This document shows positions 23,852-32,700 of a DNA stretch of 35,476 nt, one piece after another; the stretch's first letter is position 1, and every line of letters begins with the position of its first letter. Under the pieces are notes generated by a model, which ran no database searches, was not told where the DNA came from, and saw nothing but the letters and a program-made list of their open reading frames with translations. The stretch comes from an uncultured Candidatus Saccharibacteria bacterium (GTDB lineage Bacteria; Patescibacteriota; WWE3; UBA101185; UBA10185), in contig CAZLHE010000003.1 in the NCBI GenBank assembly GCA_964559585.1, forward strand, positions 1 through 35,476, read 5' to 3'. The translations under genes were made by a program, and so were the position numbers.

Positions 23852-23873
23852 AACTTGCATCAGTTTCTTTTGT
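23850..23873 (+). terminator. intrinsic terminator
   Basis: GAAACT-tgcatc-AGTTTC followed by TTTTGT. It overlaps the TGA stop of the ATPase. Confidence 0.5.
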
Positions 23874-23911
23874 GTATATAAATATCCGAAGGAGTTGACG
23901 CAAATTTAATA

Positions 23912-23917
23912 TACAAT
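23912..23917 (+). promoter_or_regulatory. -10-like TACAAT, 6 nt upstream of the ATG at 23924
   Basis: TACAAT at 23912-23917, no SD. Confidence 0.35.
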
Positions 23918-23923
23918 TAGCTT

Positions 23924-24274
23924 ATGTTTAAAATATTAAAAACTGTTTTTATGTTAATAACGATTCTGGTCGGTTTAGTTATTATTTTTGCGTCCTACCA
24001 TCTATACAAGGGTTTTAAGTCAGGTGATATTACATCCTATCTTATGAAGTACGCGGTAAGGTCCGCTGTAGACAGAAGTAAATTATCTCCTACACAGGTG
24101 GAGTATTTGGATGCTGGGGATTTTGAAGGTTTAGTGAAAGATATAGAACAAAACATTACTCAGGAGCAAATCGATTGTTTCACTAGTATTGTTGGGGATG
24201 AGCGAGCAAAAGAGTTGGTAATTGACAAAAATCCCACACCGCAGGAAATATTAAAGCTTTCTAAGTGTCTTTAA
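23924..24274 (+). CDS. small membrane-anchored hypothetical protein (116 aa)
   Basis: N-terminal TM span (VFMLITILVGLVIIFASY) followed by a charged soluble domain with two Cys. Confidence 0.5.
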   Translation: MFKILKTVFMLITILVGLVIIFASYHLYKGFKSGDITSYLMKYAVRSAVDRSKLSPTQVEYLDAGDFEGLVKDIEQNITQEQIDCFTSIVGDERAKELVIDKNPTPQEILKLSKCL

Positions 24275-24296
24275 CTGTAAAAATGGATTTCTTTTC

Positions 24297-24382
24297 TGGT
24301 GGGAAGGGTGGGGTTCGAACCCACGAAGGCGTGAGCCAACGGTTTTACAGACCGCTCCATTTGACCACTTTGGTACCTTCCC
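24297..24382 (-). tRNA. tRNA-Tyr (anticodon GUA), long variable arm, CCA encoded
   Basis: Reverse complement: GGGAAGG-TA-CCAA-AGTGGTCAAA-TGG-A-GCGGT-CTGTAAA-ACCGT-TGGCTCACGCCTTC-GTGGG-TTCGAAC-CCCAC-CCTTCCC-A-CCA. Bacterial class II architecture. Confidence 0.9.
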
Positions 24383-24557
24383 ATAATTAAAAGACTGAAA
24401 GGATGATAGCACAAAAAAAACTACCGGAGAATGTGCTTGTTCTGCGACCCTGGAAATATAACGTGTTTAATCGAAGAAAAAAAAGACATAAAATGTTGTG
24501 TACATTATAACTGATTTTTACTTAGAGCTTAATTATGTTATTTTCTTACTAGAAGGA

Positions 24558-24563
24558 TAGAAT
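24558..24563 (+). promoter_or_regulatory. -10-like TAGAAT, 7 nt upstream of the ATG at 24571
   Basis: TAGAAT at 24558-24563. Confidence 0.35.
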
Positions 24564-24570
24564 TCTCAAA

Positions 24571-25698
24571 ATGAAAAAAGCTAAGGCAAGGATACTTATT
24601 CTATACGCATCGGTAGGAAATGGGCATCGGGTTGCTGCTACTGCGGTAGAAGAGACGCTTAAATCAATAGATAAAGATATCGTGGTTGCTAAAAAGGATC
24701 TGTTTGATTTCTCTAAGGCAAAAATCGCGGCTCCAATATCAAAGCTTCACACAAAATCTAAAATAACCGGAGCAATTTACGATTTTCTTTGGAAAAGTGA
24801 AAATTTAAACAAGATTGGAGAAAAAATTCTACCCATAATTTTTGACAACTTTTCCCCGCTAAGAAAATATGTATTAACCTCCAAACCAAATGTCGTTATA
24901 TGTACACATGCTCTGGCAGCTCAACTAATTTCAGACATAAGACAGAAAAGTAAGTTAAATTTTAAACATGTAGTTATAATTACGGACTTTCGACCCCATT
25001 CTTATTGGTCAGTGCCTCAAGTGGATCTATACTGTGCTCCAGATGTAGCGGCAAAGCTTGATTTAATAAAACTAGGAGTAGCTGGTAACAAAATAATGGT
25101 GACAGGAATACCTCTACGGAAGCAGTTTTTAGAATCTAAAAAAAATCATGGGGGCTTTATAGATAGAAAATTCAAAGGAGTCATAATTATCACAGGAGAT
25201 ATACAAAAAGATAAGGGTCTGTCCATCACCAAAGGTGCTAACCAATTAATTGGTTCTTTGAAGAAATTAGGTATACATACAACTGTAGTGTGCGGACGCA
25301 ATATAAAGCTTAGAAGAGCCTTGACTAAATACTACAAAAAATATGTACAAGCTGGCAGACTGAGAATATTTGGCTACGTAGATAAAATTGCTGATTTAAT
25401 TAAACAACACAGTGTATTAATTACTAAACCCGGTGGGTTAATATGCGCAGAAGCATTGGCATTAAACATACCTACTGTCTTAATTAGGTCGGATTATGGA
25501 GGACAAGAAGATGCGAATTCCCAATACCTTGTTGATAATGGTTTTGCTGTAGCAGTAAAAACTATGTCTGCGATACCAAGTATTATTCTCGAGTTATCAA
25601 CCGGGTCTGTTTTATCAGAGATAAGGGAAAAAATTAGACTTCTGCCTAAGAGAAATTCCCCAAAGATAATTAGTGATGAGGTTTTAAAGATTTCTTAA
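24571..25698 (+). CDS. diacylglycerol glycosyltransferase (MGDG synthase/UgtP-like, GT28)
   Basis: 375 aa. N-terminal ILILYASVGNGHRVAATAVEE and C-terminal ITKPGGLICAEALALNIPTVLI match the MGDG-synthase / GT28 pattern. Confidence 0.78.
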   Translation: MKKAKARILILYASVGNGHRVAATAVEETLKSIDKDIVVAKKDLFDFSKAKIAAPISKLHTKSKITGAIYDFLWKSENLNKIGEKILPIIFDNFSPLRKYVLTSKPNVVICTHALAAQLISDIRQKSKLNFKHVVIITDFRPHSYWSVPQVDLYCAPDVAAKLDLIKLGVAGNKIMVTGIPLRKQFLESKKNHGGFIDRKFKGVIIITGDIQKDKGLSITKGANQLIGSLKKLGIHTTVVCGRNIKLRRALTKYYKKYVQAGRLRIFGYVDKIADLIKQHSVLITKPGGLICAEALALNIPTVLIRSDYGGQEDANSQYLVDNGFAVAVKTMSAIPSIILELSTGSVLSEIREKIRLLPKRNSPKIISDEVLKIS

Positions 25699-25722
25699 TT
25701 TTAAAACTCGGCGATTTTAGAT

Positions 25723-26436
25723 TTATGGTGTGATCAGTGTACCTACTTTTTTCCCCTTGATCACGCGACTAACATTATTAAAATCTCGAACATCAAAAAC
25801 CACAACCGGGATATGCTGGGACTGGCAAAGAGCAAAAGCTGTGTTGTCCATCACCATCAAACCTCTAACCAACGCTTCCTGCAACGTAAGCTGTGGAAAC
25901 TTTTTGGCATTTGTATTTGTCTTGGGGTCACTATCGTAAACCCCATCTACATTAGTCCCTTTCAACAAAATATCAGCGTTTATTTCTGCCGCCTTCAGTG
26001 CGGCTGCGGAGTCTGTGGTGAAAAAAGGGCTGCCGGTACCTCCCGCCAGTATTAGAACGTAGCCTTTTTCCAAGTGGTGTATGGCTCGCAAACGAATAAA
26101 GGGTTCGCAAGCCTGATCCAGCCTTAAAGATGACATCACCCTTGAGGCAACCCCCAGAACGTTTAATTCTTGTTGTAATGCCAAAGCGTTCATGATCGTT
26201 CCAAGCATACCAATATAATCCAGCTGCGCCGGATCAACAGTTCCCTCCTGATGATCCCGTCCCCTAAAGAGATTGCCGCCACCGTTAACTATCGCTAGCT
26301 GAACACCAGTCTCCTCAATAAGTTTTTTGATTCCTGAGGCAATTAATCCTATCGCTTTGAAATCCAAACCCACTTTTTTTTCTCCACCAAACACTTCCCC
26401 GCTAAGTTTTAAAAGAACGCGTTTGTATCCTGACAT
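25723..26436 (-). CDS. pyrH: UMP kinase
   Basis: 237 aa with KRVLLKLSGE, VNGGGN and GTGSPFFTTDSAAAL signatures. Confidence 0.93.
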   Translation of the reverse strand: MSGYKRVLLKLSGEVFGGEKKVGLDFKAIGLIASGIKKLIEETGVQLAIVNGGGNLFRGRDHQEGTVDPAQLDYIGMLGTIMNALALQQELNVLGVASRVMSSLRLDQACEPFIRLRAIHHLEKGYVLILAGGTGSPFFTTDSAAALKAAEINADILLKGTNVDGVYDSDPKTNTNAKKFPQLTLQEALVRGLMVMDNTAFALCQSQHIPVVVFDVRDFNNVSRVIKGKKVGTLITP

Positions 26437-26444
26437 TGTTTTGA

Positions 26445-26450
26445 ATTATA
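26445..26450 (-). promoter_or_regulatory. consensus -10 TATAAT (minus strand), 8 nt upstream of the pyrH ATG
   Basis: Plus-strand attata at 26445-26450, ATG at 26436. Confidence 0.4.
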
Positions 26451-26727
26451 GACCCTTTAGACATGTTCTCCAAAACCTTTAGATTTTTCTGGACAGCGGA
26501 TAAATTTTTAATAGGGAAAAGTTACAGATTTGACATCTCAGTGAACTTATATATTTAGTGCGCCTAATATTGCTATGATAACGAAAGACCTGGCTGGCCG
26601 CGTGGGAATTTGTTGGAACTGTTTGTTGCTATAGCAGGAAAAGTCATTAGATAATAAAACTAAAAATAATCCTCGGTAACCTTACCTTAAACTCCTCTGT
26701 CCTGTAGAATGATTTAAGAGAAAAAGT

Positions 26728-29700
26728 ATGAACAATAAGATAAATTTCTACACATTAGGGCGGGATTTATCCATAAAGAAAAAATTTCCCTCAAAAAGGT
26801 TGTTTTCGCTGTTTAAATCAAATGAAGAATTAGATTACAAGAGCCTATTTATTGGAATAAACGATCTATACACCTATTTGGTTGTGGAATACGAAAAAAA
26901 TCCCGAGATAGTGCCATTGTCCGCCTCTTGGATTTTAGACAATTATTATTTAATCAGTCAGCAGTCTGTAATTTTTAAGGATACATTCAAACCAAAAATA
27001 CTCAAGAAGCTTCCTTTAGTGGAATACGAAAATATATATTTTCAAGTTCATTATATTGCTAAAAAGTATCTTGAAATTACGAGCTGCGAATTTTCACAAG
27101 AGAGCCTCATACCGTTTCTTAAGGGGTATCAGAAAATTTACCCGTTATCTAGTGTGGAGTTGTGGATTTTACCTACTGTGATAAGATACGAACTCCTCCG
27201 CTCCTTATTAATTAGAGGTCAGGAGATAAAGGAAAAGATACAGAACGGTAAGTTTGCTAATCGAGTTGTGGAAGAAATTTCATTAAATCTAAGTAAGGGA
27301 AAAAATCCAATTAAGAGGGTGAGAAAAATTTTGCATGTAGCAGACATAAATCCACACGTTTTGTTATCAGTATTAGAAGATATTCGAGAATTGGACTATC
27401 GCGTAGAGGATACCTTGGAACTTATTGAAGGGAAAATTCACGAAGATGACCTTAACTTAGAGGAATTTACCCGTGCAAGTGTCTTGAGAGATCTAGACTT
27501 AAAACAAAATCTAAATAATACGGTTACCTCCATAAAAAACTTTTCGTACATTAATTGGAATAAGCTTTTCAACAGAGTAAGTATCGTGGAAAGTACCCTG
27601 ATGAACGATCCCGCAAATGTTTATCCTTTGATGGATGAGATTAGTAAAGATAGGTATCGACATGTTATTGAAGATATGAGTGTTAATAGCAATTTTAGTG
27701 AATCCGAGATTGCAAGAAAGGTGGTTGAGACTGCAGAGGCTTCTAATATTGATATACAACGCCACGTGGGTTTTCACTTAATTGATAACGGTTATTTTGA
27801 ATTTTCCAACAAAGTGGGGTTTAAGCCGTCCTTAAAGGGAAAGATCAAAGACCTAATGAAAAAGCATCCCTATATTAGCTACATAGGAAGTATTGTTTTT
27901 TTAACCTTTTTATTTTCTGCTATTTCCTTTTTAGTTTTTGTCAGCATTACGCACCATACAAGTTTTGTAGTCTTGGCCTTGATATCACAACTAATACCTG
28001 TTTCTAATATTTCTATTTTCTTCGTCAATAAAATATTTATACTTTTTCTACCTCCGGCACTTCCACCTAAAATTGACTTAGTTGATCGGGTACCTGAAGA
28101 TTGTAAAACTCTGATTGTCGTTCCGTGTTTATTACCCAGTAACGAAAAAATTGATAGTTTAGTCAGTGACCTGGAAAAAAGGTTTTTGTCAAATAAATAC
28201 AACAATCTTTATTTTGCTTTGCTTAGTGACTACAAAGACTCAAATGAAATAGAGTCGGAGGAAGATAAGAAACCGCTTTTATATTTGAGGAGGAAGATTA
28301 GGAAGTTGAATCTCAAGCACCGTGCGGCGGGATTTGATGTATTTTATCTATTTCATAGGAATCGTTTGTTTAATGAAAAGGAAAATGTGTGGATGGGTTG
28401 GGAGAGAAAAAGAGGAAAACTTCTGGAGCTGGTAGACTGGTTAACCCGGAAAAAAGATAGCATTGCTACCACTTTCTCGGTTATAGACGGTAACATAGAT
28501 AAATTACAAAATATAAAATACGTTATAACGCTTGATGAAGATACTATGCTACCGGCGGACATCTCGCTTAAACTCATCGGTGCAATGACTCATCCGCTTA
28601 ATGTACCTGTTCTGGACCACGGAAAAAAAATTGTTGTACGTGGTTACGGCTTTATACAACCCAAAATTATAATAGAGCCTGAGGCGGAAAACCTGTCCCC
28701 TTTCACCAAGATATTTGTCGCAGAAAGTGGCTACGATTCCTACTCCACCGCTGTTTCAGATATTTACCAAGATTTATTTAATAGATCTAACTTTATGGGT
28801 AAAGGAATTTTTGACGTTTGGGCGATCAAAGAAAGTTTGGGAGAAAGATTTCCTGAAAATAAGCTTCTAAGTCACGATTTAATAGAGAGTTGTTTTGCAA
28901 AAGCCGGGTTTTTATCCGACACGAGTTTAATGGAAGAATTTCCTTCCGCCTTCCGCAGTTACTTATCAAGAGATAATCGTTGGGTACGAGGAGACTGGCA
29001 ACTCTTACCCTGGTTGTTACCACATATTGTTACAACTGATGGTAGGAAGATTAAAAACCCATTAGATCTACTATCTTATTGGATGATAGTAGATAATCTT
29101 AGAAGAAGTTTGGTTTTGCCGGCCTACTTACTTTTGTTTGTGTTAGGGTGGCTATTTATACCATCTGCCCTTTTGACTTTCTATATTGCGGTTTTGTTTT
29201 TCGCCCCTCTTTTTATTGATATTTTTAGTATTAAAAAATTTATTGTTCACAAAATACCCTTTGTAGAAAAGCTAAAACTTTCCTTAATTTTTATGATCGG
29301 AAAAACCACTTTCATATTTACGTCTTTCGTCCTTCTGTGGTCATTAGCTTTTAATAAAGTTAACGCCGTCATCACGACGCTTTATCGCTTAAGTCTTAAC
29401 AGGCGCCTACTGGAGTGGACCACGCATAGAGACGTGGAACAGCTAAAGAGTAAACAAAACAGTGTTTGGGACTTACTAATTTCAAAGTTCACTTTTTTCA
29501 ATTTGGTTATTCTAGCTGCGCTATTTTTATTAAATAGATTTTCTTTTCTTAATATTTCTATTATAGTTCTCTGGGCTCTTTCACCTTTATATATTTTTTA
29601 TATAAGTAAGCTCTACCCAAAACCTAAATTTTCAGACCAGATAAAAGACAAAGAAAAAATGCTTTTTTACGCTAAAAAGATATGGTCATTTTTTGAAGAG

Positions 29701-32700
29701 TACACGAATGAAGAAAGTAACTACCTTCCACCGGATAACTTACAACTATCTCCTGTAAAAAAAGTTACATACAGGACTTCTCCCACCAATATAGGGTTCT
29801 ACCTTTTGTCTCTTTTATCTTCCTATGATCTCAATATTATAGATTTAGACAATTTATTGGATAAACTAGAAAAAACCTTGGGCACTTTGTATAAACTGCC
29901 TAAATATAGGGGCCATATCTACAACTGGTATGACCTAAAAACTTTGGAACCTCTGAATCCTTACATTTCTACAGCAGACAGCGGTAACTTTGTAGTCTCC
30001 TTGATGTTACTGGAGTCTTCGTGTTTATCTTTATCCCAAGATATAAAAAAGGAAAGTGTAGAACAATCTAAAAGATTACTGAAGCTTTCACACCTAATTA
30101 AGAGATTGTATACAAAAACTGACTTTACCTTTTTGTACGACAAAGATCTGTCTATATTTTCTATAGGATTTAACACTCTCACGAAGAAAAAAGACGGCAG
30201 TTATTACGATCTCTTAGCGTCTGAGGCGCGTATTGTAAGTTACGTTGCCATAGCCTTAGATCAAGTGGAACTTAAGCATTGGTTTAAACTAGGGCGTCCT
30301 CTTAGAGTAAGAAATGGAAAATTTTATCTAATGTCCTGGGGAGGTACTATATTTGAGTATCTTTTACCGACTCTGCTTTTTAACGAAAAAAATAACACAA
30401 TTTTAAGTCAGACGAGTAGAGAGATTTATTACTTTCAAAAAAAATATGCCGCAGATAATGGAATTCCCTTTGGTGTGTCTGAATCAAACTTTGATGCTTT
30501 TGATTTTGACTATAATTATCAATATAAAATGATGGGCGTTCCTGGTTTGGCGCTAAAAAGATACGATACCAAAGATTTGGTAGTTTCTCCGTATTCTACT
30601 TTTTTGTCATTGATGATAAACCCAACCGAAGCTGAAGAAAATCTACATTTACTTGAAAATGAAGGAGTTTTTGGAGCATATGGATTTTTTGAATCTGTAG
30701 ATTTTAATAGATCGGTGGAAAATCCTAAGAAAGGGGAAAATGTAAAAATTTACACAGCGCACCACCAAGGTATGAGTTTGGTAGCTATAAATAATGTCCT
30801 TAATGAGAAAATAATGATAGATAGATTGCAAAAAAATGATTACATAAAATCTTGTGAGGTGTTGTTAGATGAGAAAATACCTGAAGTCTCAAATGTTGTA
30901 GAGCCAAATCAATACACTCTTGATAGAAGACTCACGTTAGTTAGGAAATTTGAAAAAGAGAGGGTTCGATATTCTAATACTCCAAATACTTTATTCCCAT
31001 TGGCACAAATATACGGAAATGGGAGCTACATGCTTATGATCACAAATTCTGGGGCGAGTTACAGCAAATTTAAAGACACCTACATTAATAGATTTAACGA
31101 GGACTTTACTTTGGATAGTTCTGGAAGCCATATCTATATTAAGGATGTGGATCTTAATTACGCGTGGTCCGCTACGTATCAGCCTACATTAACAAATCCC
31201 GATGAATATGAGGTGAAGTTTTATGCTGAGTACGCCCAATTTCATAGAATAGACAAGAAAACAGAAACTGAACTAAATATTTTCGTACCGCCGGAAAAGA
31301 ACTTTGAAATAAGGGAATTAACTTTATCTAATAAATCAAGTATGTCCAAATCTTATGAGATAACTACTTATACAGAAATAATGTTAGATGAATATAAATC
31401 AGGAATTAACCACCCTGCGTTTAATAAGCTGTTTATAGAAACCGACTATGAAAATGGCATGTTAACCGCCAGAAGAAAAAAAAGGTATTTCCATGACATA
31501 GAAAAATATGCTTTTCATTTTGCATTTTCTGAAGATGGCGACTTGTCTGTGGATTCATATGACACAAGCAGACCAAACTTTGTCGGTAGGTTAAAATCTG
31601 TACAAAATCCCGCTGCCTTAAATTCTGCACTTACCAATAGTGTGGGTACGGTTCTCGATCCTATTTTTAGTCTACGTTATAAAGTTAATGTTAAGCCCGG
31701 AGAGACAAGGAAAATACATTTTGTGTATGGGTACGCTGCCAACTTACATGAGGTTAGAGCAACAAAGGATTTACTTTTTTCGAAAGAGGAAATACAGGAA
31801 TTACGTTATTTGAATAGCCATTATATTGAAGCTAAGAGGACTCATTTAGGAATTGACGTGAGACAGGAGCTTAGTTTCCAAAAGGTTGCTTCGAGATTAG
31901 TTTATTCAGACCATCGTTTGAAAGAACAAATTAATATTGATTACACCAAAGAAAAAAGAATTTTATACAGATTTGGTATTTCGGGAGAAAACAAATTACT
32001 AGTGTTAAAAGTAAATAGTAAAAACATTGAATTAGTAAGAAATATGGCTCTCTTACACGAATACTTCAGACTTTTAAGATTTCGGTTTGACCTTGTATTT
32101 ATAATTGACGAAACACAGAGTTACGAGGAGAACCTAGAACGCGGTGTTTACGAAGTTATCGAAACTTCTCTACCCCATCCTTATAAAGATTCGGGGGTTT
32201 ATACACTAAATGTAAATAACATGTCCCTTGAGGAGAGATTTACATTACTGTCTTTGGCAAGAATCGTTTTTGACACGTCTTTAGGTTCTTTAGACGAACA
32301 GATCAACTTTGCTTCAAGCTCTGGCACACCCGACACGGTTGCCTTTAAAGAAGCAGCACAACAGGAATTAATTGGGAGTATCAGTTTAGTAAAAAATGTT
32401 AGTGAGGATCTAATTTATTACAATGGGTTAGGAGGTTTTACGTCTGAAGGAAAAAGTTATGTTATTAAGTTTTCTCCGGAAAACCCAACTCCCCTACCGT
32501 GGTCAAATGTGATCTCAAACGAAAAATTTGGCACATTGGTTACAGAATCGGGTTTGGGTTATACATGGAACATTAATAGCCAAATAAATAAAATTACTCC
32601 TTGGTCAAATGACTTTGTAAGCGATCCGCAAGGTGAAGTTTTGTATCTTAAGGATTTGGATTCGGGGAGTATTTTTAGTGCCACACCATTGCCTAATAAG

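Noticed and set aside
24431-24514. 27-codon Cys-rich small ORF (MCLFCDPGNITCLIEEKKDIKCCVHYN) in the tRNA-Tyr/GT28 spacer
   Set aside because: The GGAGA directly abuts the ATG, so it has no usable spacing as an SD, and there is no -10 box at leaderless distance. It is too short to separate from chance without conservation data.
26588-26607. SRP RNA or another known small RNA in the GC-rich patch upstream of the giant gene
   Set aside because: I could not find the conserved SRP domain IV motifs, or any convincing extended helix, on either strand. It is reported only as an unexplained compositional feature.
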